Origin: Minisyncoccia bacterium
GTDB lineage: Bacteria; Patescibacteriota; Minisyncoccia; UBA6257; JAAZHW01
Direction of reading: 5' to 3'
DNA: 64,000 nucleotides
Assembly: GCA_049720475.1 (NCBI GenBank)
Contig: JBNASH010000036.1
Span: forward strand, 65,339-129,338
In this document: piece by piece, positions 53,591 to 63,134 of the stretch
Layout: the number at the start of each line of letters is the position of its first letter
Numbering within the stretch: the stretch's first letter is position 1
Made by a program: the position numbers and the translations under genes
Notes under the pieces: model-generated
Told to the model about the DNA's origin: nothing
The model's input: the letters and a program-made list of their open reading frames with translations, nothing else
Database searches by the model: none

Positions 53591-54524
53591 ACATCCTAAA
53601 ATCATCTTTTGGGGAACTCCTTTCTTTAGCGCCGCTATTTTAGAGGGCTTAATTAAGGCCGATTTTTGCCCTATTTTGGTGGTTACGGCTCCAGATAGTA
53701 TAAAAGGCAGGGGTCTTATCAAAAGCCCCTCAGAAGCCAAAAAAACCGCAAAAAAATGGGGTTTAGAAGTCGCCGAACCAGAAAAATTACGCCAAAATTC
53801 AGCTTTTTTGAGTCAATTAAAAGAATTGGGACCCGATTTATATATCGTAGCCAGCTATGGAAAAATTATTCCCAGGGAATATTTAGAAATCCCCTCTAAA
53901 GGAGCCTTAAATGTTCATCCTTCTCTTTTGCCCCAATGGCGTGGTCCTTCACCTATCCAAGCGACAATTCTTGCTGGTCAAAAAGAAACCGGCGTGACAA
54001 TTATTTTAATGGATGAAGAAATGGATCACGGAGATATTATCGCTCAAGAAAAAATTAATATTACAAATCCAAAAATTACTTATAAGCAATTAGAAGCTCA
54101 GCTAATTGATTTATCGATTCATTTATTAATCAAAACATTACCTCAATGGTTAGATAACAAAATAAAACCCATCCCTCAAAATCACAATGAAGCGACATAT
54201 TGCAAAATGATTAAAAAAGAAGATGGTTTAATCGATTTTAACGAACCAGCAGAAATTATTGAAAGAAAAATTCGTGCCTTTCAAATTTGGCCAAACGTTT
54301 ACTTTATTCGTAAAGATAAAAACTATAAAATTTTGGAAGCTGATTTTTTTCAAAATGAAGATGTTTTAAAGGATAGAAAAATTGGCGAATTTTTCTGCTG
54401 GGATAAAAATTTAGTTGTTAAATGCAAAGAGGATGGTTTATTGATTAAAAAAATTCAACCAGAAAATAAAAAAATAATGGATGGCTATGCTTTTTGGTGT
54501 GGTTATCAAAAATATTTAAATTAA
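53580..54524 (+). CDS. fmt: Methionyl-tRNA formyltransferase
   Basis: FWGTP.F, VASYG.I, NVHPSLLP.WRG.SPI, MD..MD.G. Confidence 0.95.
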   Translation: MPNRHPKIIFWGTPFFSAAILEGLIKADFCPILVVTAPDSIKGRGLIKSPSEAKKTAKKWGLEVAEPEKLRQNSAFLSQLKELGPDLYIVASYGKIIPREYLEIPSKGALNVHPSLLPQWRGPSPIQATILAGQKETGVTIILMDEEMDHGDIIAQEKINITNPKITYKQLEAQLIDLSIHLLIKTLPQWLDNKIKPIPQNHNEATYCKMIKKEDGLIDFNEPAEIIERKIRAFQIWPNVYFIRKDKNYKILEADFFQNEDVLKDRKIGEFFCWDKNLVVKCKEDGLLIKKIQPENKKIMDGYAFWCGYQKYLN

Positions 54525-54548
54525 AAAGAAAACGGCGCTCACGCGCCG

Positions 54549-54767
54549 TTAGAATTTATTAAAAATAATTGCCGCCCGTCGGTAAATCTCGTTCTTAACC
54601 TGATTGGGAATTTCTGCGCTTGAATTGTCTTCCTCCTGCCTCATAATCCCATCTTTTACTACATATTTCAACTTTGGCTGATACTTGCCTTTTTTAGTTG
54701 GTACAGCTACCATATAGATCCAGTACCGCTCCCACTCAAACCTTAATTCAGTTATTTTCGGTTTCAT
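54549..54767 (-). CDS. Hypothetical protein (72 aa)
   Basis: ATGA overlap with the upstream ORF; AAGGAGG SD. Confidence 0.65.
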   Translation of the reverse strand: MKPKITELRFEWERYWIYMVAVPTKKGKYQPKLKYVVKDGIMRQEEDNSSAEIPNQVKNEIYRRAAIIFNKF

Positions 54768-54970
54768 TCTTTCCTCCTTCTTTTTTCTCCATATCCATAA
54801 TAAATCAAAAAGTAGCAGCGTTCACACAACTGCCCACTACCCTCCACGTAGTATTTTCTTTTTAAAACATCATCTGTTTTTTTGTAGGGCGTTTCCGCCC
54901 CACAAATTACACAATGCTCTTTTTCTGAATTTAATTTCTTTAAAAATTCTTCTTTTTTTTGTTCGTTCAT
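54764..54970 (-). CDS. Small zinc-finger-like protein (68 aa)
   Basis: CVICG...R..YVEGSGQLCERCY; AAGGAGG SD; upstream TTGACG promoter. Confidence 0.7.
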   Translation of the reverse strand: MNEQKKEEFLKKLNSEKEHCVICGAETPYKKTDDVLKRKYYVEGSGQLCERCYFLIYYGYGEKRRRKE

Positions 54971-55057
54971 TTCATTTCCCCCTCCTTTTTTAAAATTTTA
55001 AAAAGCTCTGATTTAGAGATTAAACTTTTTTATCATTTCGTCAAGAGGAAATAAAAG

Positions 55058-56110
55058 TTATAAAATTTTATCTATAAAAAAGATAATTAATCCCAAAACA
55101 GAAAAAATAGCTGATAAAATCCAAAAACGCATGGTAATTTTTGGTTCTGGCCAACCAATTGCTTCAAAATGATGATGAATTGGTGAAGAAAGAAAGATTT
55201 TTTTCTTTCTAATTTTTTTACTAAGCATTTGAACGATCACAGAAAGAGTTTCAAGAAGTGGAATGAAAGCAAAAAATGGCAAAAGCAAGGCGGTATTCGT
55301 ATACATGGCTAAAAGTCCTAATGTGATTCCCAAAGCCATTGAACCCGTATCTCCCATAAAAAATCGGGCCGGATAAATATTAAACCACAAAAAAGCAAGA
55401 AGAGCGCCAAGAATTACTCCTATAAAAGTTGCTAAATCAAAACGCTGTTGAACAAAAGCAACAACTAATAAAGCTAAATACGCAAAAAGCATGGCCCCTC
55501 CTGCTAAGCCGTCTAATCCATCAGTTAAATTCGTTGCGTGAGCCGTTCCAACAACAACAAAAATAAAAAATAATGGATAAAATATCCCTAACGAAACTTC
55601 GCCCAAAAATGGAATATGAATAGAATTCCAATCCAATTTGAAATAAAACCAATAAGCGCCGATTGAGGCAATAATTAAATAAAGAAAAAGTTTTTGTTTA
55701 ATACTTAATCCACCGCCCTTTGGTCCAATCTTTAAAACGCCTAAAATATCGTCAGCCAATCCAACTAAAGCTGCAAAAACTAAAGAAAATAAAGGTAAAT
55801 AGGTTTGGGCCCGGCTAATAAAGTTAAAATAATCAAAAACTTGGTCAAATAACTTGCTTAATAAAAGAAAGACAAAAGCAATAACCGTTGTCGTTAGCCA
55901 AATTAGAATACCACCCATTGTTGGTGTTCCTTCTTTTTTTTGATGCAGTTGAGCAAAAATTGGCGCCCCTTCTGTCCGAATTTGTTTTCCCACTTTATAT
56001 TTATAAAGAAGCTTCACTAAAATCGGAGTAAAAAGCAGTGCTATCCCAAACGATAAAGCCGCCAAAATAAATAGACGCGAGAGTTGAAAAATTATTAATT
56101 CAAAAGACAT
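55058..56110 (-). CDS. mraY: Phospho-N-acetylmuramoyl-pentapeptide transferase
   Basis: KEGTPTMGG, GLADD, NLTDGLDGL, FMGDTGS, PIHHHFE. Confidence 0.96.
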   Translation of the reverse strand: MSFELIIFQLSRLFILAALSFGIALLFTPILVKLLYKYKVGKQIRTEGAPIFAQLHQKKEGTPTMGGILIWLTTTVIAFVFLLLSKLFDQVFDYFNFISRAQTYLPLFSLVFAALVGLADDILGVLKIGPKGGGLSIKQKLFLYLIIASIGAYWFYFKLDWNSIHIPFLGEVSLGIFYPLFFIFVVVGTAHATNLTDGLDGLAGGAMLFAYLALLVVAFVQQRFDLATFIGVILGALLAFLWFNIYPARFFMGDTGSMALGITLGLLAMYTNTALLLPFFAFIPLLETLSVIVQMLSKKIRKKKIFLSSPIHHHFEAIGWPEPKITMRFWILSAIFSVLGLIIFFIDKIL

Positions 56111-56113
56111 ATT

Positions 56114-57076
56114 TTAGAAAACATAAGCTTTAACTAACCATTTTAATAAAACTTCTATATCATTATAACGATTTGGAGTTTTTAAAACAACCAACAGAAT
56201 TCTTCGCATGGGTTCATCGCTTCTTTGCGATGGCACTCCGAAAATCCCCGCAAAAGTCTGCCAAGCTTCATCAGTAAAACCAGTTTTTCCTCCCAAAAAA
56301 GTTATTCCTAGTTCTTGTAAATAGTTGGGCTTTTGAGTTAGTTGATTGATATTTTTTAATTCATGAGAGATGGTTGGATTTTGACCGTAAATTTTATCTT
56401 CAAAATTTTTAGAAATTAAAAGCAGATTCGGGTGATAAGCAATGATATATTTAATTAATTTTTTTAAATCATTTGGGCTTGATTGATTTAAAAAATTTAA
56501 ACCCGTTGGCTCAACAAAAGTGGTTTGAGTCATTCCTAATTCTTTTGCTTTTTGATTCATTAAATTTATAAAATTGCTTTCGCCATAAAAATCCACTATA
56601 GCCATAGCTGCCTTATTAGAAGAAATCATCAAAAGAGATTTGACTAAATCAAAGGTGGTTAATTTTTCATTTAAATAAAAGAGAGGGGGGTCTCCATCAA
56701 CATTCAAAGATTTTTGGGTAATGGGAATCAGTTCTTGAGAATTAATATTTTCTTCAGCAATAACAGCTGTCATTAATTTAGTAATAGAAGCAATTGGTCG
56801 GCGCACATTAGCATCACGTTGGAAAAAAATATAATCGTTATCAATATCCATCAACAAAACTCCTTGCGCCTCAACAACGGGATCGTCTTTAACTGCCCAA
56901 TTTCTATATGGATAGGTATAAAGAGGATTTTCGGATCGCGCGGAAAAATAATCTGGATTATTTAATTCGATGCGATTATTAAATTTGAGATAATGAAAAT
57001 AAAACCAGCCGATAAAAAATCCGATTGCCAAACTTAAAAGGATTATTGATGTAATTTTTATAATCTTTTTTATCAT
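56114..57076 (-). CDS. D-alanyl-D-alanine carboxypeptidase (S11)
   Basis: ASITKLMTA (SxxK), SSN (SxN), GKTGFT. Confidence 0.9.
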   Translation of the reverse strand: MIKKIIKITSIILLSLAIGFFIGWFYFHYLKFNNRIELNNPDYFSARSENPLYTYPYRNWAVKDDPVVEAQGVLLMDIDNDYIFFQRDANVRRPIASITKLMTAVIAEENINSQELIPITQKSLNVDGDPPLFYLNEKLTTFDLVKSLLMISSNKAAMAIVDFYGESNFINLMNQKAKELGMTQTTFVEPTGLNFLNQSSPNDLKKLIKYIIAYHPNLLLISKNFEDKIYGQNPTISHELKNINQLTQKPNYLQELGITFLGGKTGFTDEAWQTFAGIFGVPSQRSDEPMRRILLVVLKTPNRYNDIEVLLKWLVKAYVF

Positions 57077-57585
57077 AAATTATGAAATTTATCATATTCG
57101 GGCAAATCCTCAATTTTTGATAGCCCCATTTTTCTCAAAAAATCAAAGCTAATTTTATAAATAAAAGCATTAGAACGATGCGGATCTACTTCCTTTTCAA
57201 TTAAACCTCGAATTAATAGATTTCGAATAATATAAGATGAGTTTACGCCGCGAATGTTATCTATTTCCGCGCGGGTGATTGGTCCTTTATAAGCAATGAT
57301 CGCTAACGTTTCCAACGCTGCGGGTGTTAGATCTTCTTTCAATGTCTTCTGAAGAAATTTTTCGATTGTCTTTGATGTATCAGCTGATGTTGTCAATTGA
57401 ACTTTTCCATCAAACAAAAGAATCATCAATCCCCTATTATTTGTAAGATAATCATTTTTTAAATTCTCAACTGCCTCAGAAACTTGATTTAAATCAACTT
57501 CAATAATCTCGGAAATTTTGCTTAATTCAATTGGTTCGCCAGAAATAAATAACAGAGCTTCAATTTGTTTTTCTATTTCATTCAT
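57073..57585 (-). CDS. scpB: SMC-Scp complex subunit ScpB
   Basis: IEALLF.SGEP, LETLAIIAYK.PITRAEID.IRGV. Confidence 0.95.
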   Translation of the reverse strand: MNEIEKQIEALLFISGEPIELSKISEIIEVDLNQVSEAVENLKNDYLTNNRGLMILLFDGKVQLTTSADTSKTIEKFLQKTLKEDLTPAALETLAIIAYKGPITRAEIDNIRGVNSSYIIRNLLIRGLIEKEVDPHRSNAFIYKISFDFLRKMGLSKIEDLPEYDKFHNL

Positions 57586-58327
57586 AAATAGTTCTTTGAT
57601 TATTAGAAATTAAACTAATTTTTATTTCACCAAACTCATCAGTTTGTTCCAAAACAATCAATTGTTGTTTAAACATTTGCAGTAAAGCTAAAAAGGTAAC
57701 GATAATTTCTATTTTCTCTCTCTTCCCTATCAAATTATTAAACGTCACTTTAGTTTGTTGGTGAAGAATTTTTAAAAGATTGTTAATTTTCTCTTCAATT
57801 TTAATAACTTTTTTTACTTTTTCAACCACCGATTCGCCCAAACTGCTAAATTCTACCCAGATTTTTTCGAAACTTTTTATTAACCATTCTACTTCAAATT
57901 TCTCAGGCGGATAAAAAACTGGTGTTTGATTTAAAAGAAATTCACGACTTAAAGCAGGATTGGTAGTATACAATGATTTAATATATTGGGAGGCCTGCTT
58001 AAATAAACGATAAACTTCCAATCTTTGGGTTAAATCTTTAATTTCTGCTTCTTCTTCGCTTGAAAGCTCTAAGGTTGGAAGCAGACTCCTGGATTTAATT
58101 AAAATTAGTTTAGCGGCTACCACTAAAAAATCAGCTAAAATCTCTGGAGCCACCTGTTTCAAATCTCCAACATACTTTAAAAATGAATCAGTCACATTGG
58201 CCAAACTAACTTCAGTAATTTCCATTTTTCTTTCTTCAATTAAATTCAAGAGCACATCTAAAGGTCCTGAAAATTTTTCTTGTTTGATTTCTAAATTTTG
58301 GAGGTGAACCGATCTATTATCCATCAT
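57578..58327 (-). CDS. scpA: Segregation/condensation protein ScpA
   Basis: FSGPLDVLL.LI, FLVVAA.L..IKSR.LLP, TFLALL. Confidence 0.95.
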   Translation of the reverse strand: MMDNRSVHLQNLEIKQEKFSGPLDVLLNLIEERKMEITEVSLANVTDSFLKYVGDLKQVAPEILADFLVVAAKLILIKSRSLLPTLELSSEEEAEIKDLTQRLEVYRLFKQASQYIKSLYTTNPALSREFLLNQTPVFYPPEKFEVEWLIKSFEKIWVEFSSLGESVVEKVKKVIKIEEKINNLLKILHQQTKVTFNNLIGKREKIEIIVTFLALLQMFKQQLIVLEQTDEFGEIKISLISNNQRTIYE

Positions 58328-58458
58328 AAAATTATTTTATCTTATTTTTTTCTTTTTTTCTATATTTTTTGTTTACTAAAAAATCAATCTGTTTTTGCCG
58401 ATTGACAATTTTTCTTTTTGCATTTAGAATGCGATTAGCTCATTAAAAAGGAGGCGTT

Positions 58459-58608
58459 ATGAAAAAAGAAAAAATGATTTTAATTGTGAATAAAAAAGAT
58501 TTTCTTAATCATATTAAAAAGGTTTGTCTACCAAATATCAGAAGATCTTGTAAAATTTGTACTGTTTGTCCTTTCAAAAAAGATGTTTTAAAAATTATCA
58601 AGGAATAA
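58459..58608 (+). CDS. Small Cys-rich protein (49 aa), not in the ORF track
   Basis: MKKEKMILIVNKKDFLNHIKKVCLPNIRRSCKICTVCPFKKDVLKIIKE; TTGACA-17-TAGAAT promoter (58402-58430), AAGGAGG SD, downstream terminator. Confidence 0.7.
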   Translation: MKKEKMILIVNKKDFLNHIKKVCLPNIRRSCKICTVCPFKKDVLKIIKE

Positions 58609-58643
58609 AAAAATAGCCGATAAGAATTTTAAAATCAGCTGAG

Positions 58644-58667
58644 ACCAGCCTCGGAGCTGGTTTTTTA
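58644..58667 (+). terminator. Intrinsic terminator
   Basis: ACCAGC-ctcgga-GCTGGT followed by T run. Confidence 0.7.
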
Positions 58668-58671
58668 TTTT

Positions 58672-61245
58672 TTATCGGCCGTGACATTTCTTAAATTTTT
58701 TTCCTGAACCACAAGGGCAAGGATCATTGCGGCCAACGTTTTTAAACTTGTCCGGAGAAATATTAGAGGGCGCCTTGGGGGTTTCAACAATTAATTGGGG
58801 TTTCTTTAATTGAAAAACAATATCAAAAAGCATCCCTTCAAATTGATTAAAGAAATCTTTAAATAAGCGGTGCGCATTCATTTTATATTCTACTAATGGA
58901 TCGTGTTGACCATAAGCCCTTAATCGTACCACATCTCTTAAATATTCGAGATTTTCTAAATGCTGCGTCCATAAATTATCCAGAATTTGCAACATAACAG
59001 ATTTGATTACTTCGTTAAATAAATCTTTCCCTAACTCCTCTTTTACTTTCCAAAATCTAGCATTCACTTTTTCAAGCAAAAAATTGTATAGGTCATTTTC
59101 TGGAATTTTTGTTAAATCCTCGTTTTCTTCTATAATTTGAAGTTTTTTAAAACTGGCTTCTACATTTTCAATAGGCATCGACATAAATATTTGAACATTC
59201 TTTTCAATTATTTTCTCAACCTCTTCTACTAATTTTTTCTCCTGAGCCAACATTAGTGTTTTATCGCGGTATTCATAAAAAGTTTTGCGCTGTTTGTTTA
59301 AAACATCGTCAAATTCGAGTGTATACTTTCGTGCATCAAAATTTAAACCCTCAATTCTTGTTTGCGCCGATTCAATTGCCCTATTGACGATACCGGCTTG
59401 AATGGGCATCCCATAAGGATAATTCAAAGTGTTCATCAATGACTTAATTCGTTCACCACCAAAAATTCTCATTAAATCGTCTTCTAAAGAAACAAAGAAT
59501 TGAGATGAGCCTGGATCGCCTTGTCTTCCGGCTCTACCGCGTAATTGATTATCAATTCTTCTTGCTTCATGTCTTTCTGTACCAATTACATGCAATCCAC
59601 CTAATTCTCTTACTTTTTGCGCTTCTTCCGGATCAGGCGGATTACCTCCTAAAATAATATCTACACCGCGACCAGCCATATTGGTTGCTACTGTCACCGC
59701 CCCCAACTTCCCTGCTTGAGCAATTATTTCTCCTTCTCGTTCGTGATTTTTTGCATTTAAAACATTATGAGGGATGCCTTCGCGCGACAACATTGCAGAT
59801 AATTTTTCATTATTTTCAATTGAAACAGTGCCAATTAATAATGGTTGTCCGGTTTGATGTCTTTTTTTAATCTCCTCAACAATTGCGTCCCATTTCTCTT
59901 CTTGGGTTTTAAAAACTAGATCTGGCAAATCAACACGAATCATTGGTTTATTTGTTGGAATTGGCTGAACGATTAACCCATAAACCTTATCAAATTCTTC
60001 AGCTGAAGTTAAAGCCGTACCCGTCATTCCAGCCAGTTTCTCATACATTCTAAAATAATTCTGAAAAGTAATGCTCGCTAAAATTCGATTTTCTTGTTTA
60101 ACTGGAACTCCTTCTTTTGCCTCGATGGCCTGATGAAGACCACCTGAATATCTTCGACCAAAAAGCAATCGACCTGTAAATTCATCGACAATAATCACTT
60201 CACCATTTTTTACAATATAATCTTTATCCCGTTTGAATAAAGCATAGGCCTTTAAAGATTCTTCTAAATAATGCACGTAACGAAAGTTTTCCGGTGCGTA
60301 TAAATTATCAATTTTTAGTATCTTTTCTACTTTGGCTATTCCACTATCCAAAATCAATACTGATTTTAATTTTTCATCAACTTGATAATCAACTTCAGGC
60401 ACCAATTGTGGAACAATCCGAGAAAATAATTTATAAAATTCACTTGCTTCATAATCAGGAATAGTAATAATAAGCGGTGTCCGCGCTTCATCAATTAAAA
60501 TACTATCAACTTCATCGATAATTGCATAATAATGACCGCGTTGAACTTTTTGGTTTAAATCTAAAACTAGATTATCTCTCAAATAATCAAAGCCAAATTC
60601 ATGGTTTGTTCCATAAGTAATATCGGCTTCATAAGCTTCTCGGCGAGAAACCGGCCTTAAAAATTCATAAAAAACTTTAAAACCTCCCGTGGTATCTCTT
60701 TTTTCATCTAACAATTGATCTTCGCTTTCTCCTTCTTTTTTTTCTTTGTAATCCGGATCATAAATAAAGGCCTCTTCATGTACAATACAACCAACAGACA
60801 AACCCAAAGCATAATAAATTTGCCCCATCCAAACCGTGTCTCTTTTTGCCAAATAATCATTAACCGTCACTATATGAACGCCTCTTTTTAATAGTGCATT
60901 AAGATACGCTGGCAAAGTAGCCGCCAACGTCTTTCCTTCTCCAGTTTTCATTTCAGCAATTTTTCCTTGGTGAAGCGCTATTCCCCCTAAAAGTTGAACA
61001 TCATAATGTCTTTGCTTTAGCGTTCGCTTAGCCGCCTCCCTCACCAAAGCAAAAGCTGGCACCAAAATTTCATTTAGGTCTTCTTTTGATTTAACTTGAT
61101 TTTTTAATTCCAAAGATTTTTCTCGCAAAGACAAATCAGACAACCGCTCAAATTCTTTTTCTAATCTATTTATCTCATCAATAATTTTTTGATTTTTTTT
61201 ATAAAAGCTTTGAGCTAAATCTTTTTTCAAAAATTTAAACAACAT
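58672..61245 (-). CDS. secA: Preprotein translocase subunit SecA
   Basis: EMKTGEGKT, DEVDSILIDEARTPL, ATNMAGRG.DI, QLRGRAGRQGDPG, SEC-C motif CPCGSGKKFKKCH. Confidence 0.98.
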   Translation of the reverse strand: MLFKFLKKDLAQSFYKKNQKIIDEINRLEKEFERLSDLSLREKSLELKNQVKSKEDLNEILVPAFALVREAAKRTLKQRHYDVQLLGGIALHQGKIAEMKTGEGKTLAATLPAYLNALLKRGVHIVTVNDYLAKRDTVWMGQIYYALGLSVGCIVHEEAFIYDPDYKEKKEGESEDQLLDEKRDTTGGFKVFYEFLRPVSRREAYEADITYGTNHEFGFDYLRDNLVLDLNQKVQRGHYYAIIDEVDSILIDEARTPLIITIPDYEASEFYKLFSRIVPQLVPEVDYQVDEKLKSVLILDSGIAKVEKILKIDNLYAPENFRYVHYLEESLKAYALFKRDKDYIVKNGEVIIVDEFTGRLLFGRRYSGGLHQAIEAKEGVPVKQENRILASITFQNYFRMYEKLAGMTGTALTSAEEFDKVYGLIVQPIPTNKPMIRVDLPDLVFKTQEEKWDAIVEEIKKRHQTGQPLLIGTVSIENNEKLSAMLSREGIPHNVLNAKNHEREGEIIAQAGKLGAVTVATNMAGRGVDIILGGNPPDPEEAQKVRELGGLHVIGTERHEARRIDNQLRGRAGRQGDPGSSQFFVSLEDDLMRIFGGERIKSLMNTLNYPYGMPIQAGIVNRAIESAQTRIEGLNFDARKYTLEFDDVLNKQRKTFYEYRDKTLMLAQEKKLVEEVEKIIEKNVQIFMSMPIENVEASFKKLQIIEENEDLTKIPENDLYNFLLEKVNARFWKVKEELGKDLFNEVIKSVMLQILDNLWTQHLENLEYLRDVVRLRAYGQHDPLVEYKMNAHRLFKDFFNQFEGMLFDIVFQLKKPQLIVETPKAPSNISPDKFKNVGRNDPCPCGSGKKFKKCHGR

Positions 61246-61305
61246 ATTGAATTTATCTATTTTAGCATATTTTAAAAATAAAATAAATATGTATAATTTT
61301 TAATA

Positions 61306-61893
61306 ATGAAATTAAATAATGACTACTATCTTTTGCGTCACGGCGAATCATATTCCAACCTTAAACCCCAATGGCTTTCTTCTGCACCCGAAATCAAAGT
61401 TTCCCACCTCACACCCAATGGCAAAAAACGAATTTTAAAAAACGCAAAAATTTTTAAAATGAAGGGGGTTGATTTGATTTTTGCCTCTCCTCTTCAACGC
61501 ACCAAAGAAACAGCAACAATCATCAAAAAAATTATTAAAAAACCTGTTTTCTTTACGCCTGCTTTAAAAGAAATCGATTTCGGCATTTTTAATGGTTTGC
61601 ATCCGGATGTTTATTGGGCTTATTTTGAAAATCCCATCCAACGTTTTAACAAAAAAATTCCGCAAGGTGAAAACTTAAATCAATGTCTAAAACGCATTTC
61701 TAAATTCTTTAAAAAAATTAACAAAAAATACAAAAACAAAAAAATTCTTATTATCAGCCACGCTGATATTTTATGGTTATTGGAGGGACTAATAAAAAAA
61801 CAAACCAAAGAACAAATGGTTAAAAATTATCGAGTGCGCCTAAAGCCAGGCGAGTTTCACCTTTTTACAAAATCAGCGATTAACAACAACTAA
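61306..61893 (+). CDS. Histidine phosphatase family protein
   Basis: LLRHGES, SPL.RT.ETA, L.EIDFG.F.G, GE, LIISH. Confidence 0.88.
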   Translation: MKLNNDYYLLRHGESYSNLKPQWLSSAPEIKVSHLTPNGKKRILKNAKIFKMKGVDLIFASPLQRTKETATIIKKIIKKPVFFTPALKEIDFGIFNGLHPDVYWAYFENPIQRFNKKIPQGENLNQCLKRISKFFKKINKKYKNKKILIISHADILWLLEGLIKKQTKEQMVKNYRVRLKPGEFHLFTKSAINNN

Positions 61894-62232
61894 CGAATTA
61901 ATTGCTAAAAAGATAAAAAAGTTTAACAAAGCCACGCTGGCAATTAAAAGAAGGCTAATTTTTTTATTTTTAAACCAGATAATAAAAGACAAAAATAAAT
62001 GTAAAACAAAGAAAAAGAAAGCAATAAACCAAAAAAGATAAAAATTCCAAAAATAACCAAGAAGTTTAATACCTTCAAGTGATGTGTAATAAATAATGTA
62101 GGATCTATTGGGGATTGGTTTAATATTAATCAAAATAATAATTAAAGTGATAAACAAAATAAAAAGATTGATGATAACCCCGATTTTTACCCATTTATGT
62201 TTTAAAAAAATTTTTAACCCTTCTTGATTCAT
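61873..62232 (-). CDS. Hypothetical 3-TM membrane protein
   Basis: Hydrophobic ORF; start moved to MNQEG because the longer ORF begins inside tRNA-Glu. Confidence 0.6.
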   Translation of the reverse strand: MNQEGLKIFLKHKWVKIGVIINLFILFITLIIILINIKPIPNRSYIIYYTSLEGIKLLGYFWNFYLFWFIAFFFFVLHLFLSFIIWFKNKKISLLLIASVALLNFFIFLAINSLVVVNR

Positions 62233-62243
62233 ATTAGATTTAG

Positions 62244-62315
62244 CGCCCCCGACGGGAATCGAACCCATGTTTCCACCTTGAGAGAGTGGCGTCCTAGCCG
62301 CTAGACGACAGGGGC
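62244..62315 (-). tRNA. tRNA-Glu(CTC), CCA not encoded
   Basis: Minus strand GCCCCTG acceptor, CCACT-CTCTCAA-GGTGG anticodon arm, GGTTCGATTCC T-arm. Confidence 0.93.
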
Positions 62316-62422
62316 TTATTGTTTTATTTTAAAGATTTTTTTAAAAAAATAAAGGTATTGACAAGAAATAAAAAAGATTAAAATTAAAGGCAGGATCTTA
62401 AAAATAAAAAAGGAGGTTTAAA

Positions 62423-63073
62423 ATGGGTAAGATTAAATTGTATAATCAAATGATAAAGGTAAAAGGGTTGAGAGAAAAAATGGGAAGGATTAAATTTTAT
62501 AAAACTTCTCTAGATAATAATGATCAATTAAGAAATGAAAAAATTGATGCGGTGGTAGTTTTTGGAATGGGATTAAACAGGGCCCGGACTGAGCCTTGTG
62601 ACCAAAGCAAAGCACTAACCAGTACAGCAGCGCACATTGCTCTCCAAAAAAATACTCCTCTTGTTATCGTAGGAATGGAACAACAACCAGATGTCCTATT
62701 TTTCAGAAATGAAGCTAGAGTGTTGTTAGATTATTTAAAGCAAGTTTTCGGGAAAGATTTTGAAAAGCTTTCAATTTCCCTCTTATCTGCTTATAGTTTA
62801 TCTAGAAGAAGCGACTATTTAATTGAAAAGATTAAAGAAAAGGGCTGGAAAAAAATTCTTATGGTAGTTCATAAGGATATGGCTCCCCGCCTCAAAAAAA
62901 TGTTGAGGATTGCTCTTTTTTCTAACGGCGATGACACAGCAATAGAGGTGTTCTTAATCCAGTTGGATTTACCTTATAATGGGGATAATTATCTCTTCTG
63001 GAAAAGAGAAAAAATTTTTAGTTTTATTTATGAAAAATTCTGTTTATTTTTAAATTCGATATTTCTCCCCTGA
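62423..63073 (+). CDS. YdcF/ElyC (DUF218)-like protein, degenerate
   Basis: DAVVVFG, EA..L..YL, GWKKILMVV....APR pattern, lacking SGG, NT..N and the His of HxxR; strong SD. Confidence 0.5.
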   Translation: MGKIKLYNQMIKVKGLREKMGRIKFYKTSLDNNDQLRNEKIDAVVVFGMGLNRARTEPCDQSKALTSTAAHIALQKNTPLVIVGMEQQPDVLFFRNEARVLLDYLKQVFGKDFEKLSISLLSAYSLSRRSDYLIEKIKEKGWKKILMVVHKDMAPRLKKMLRIALFSNGDDTAIEVFLIQLDLPYNGDNYLFWKREKIFSFIYEKFCLFLNSIFLP

Positions 63074-63099
63074 ACCCCCCACCCACATATAAATAATAT

Positions 63100-63124
63100 A
63101 AAAGGCCGATTTCTCGGCCTTTTT
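63100..63124. terminator. Bidirectional terminator
   Basis: AAAAGGCCGA-tttc-TCGGCCTTTTT between convergent genes. Confidence 0.8.
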
Positions 63125-63134
63125 CTTTAAAATG

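Noticed and set aside
62233-62268. Extended N-terminus MGSIPVGGAKSN of the 61873 ORF
   Set aside because: It is read from the tRNA-Glu T-arm and acceptor stem; the real start is probably 62232
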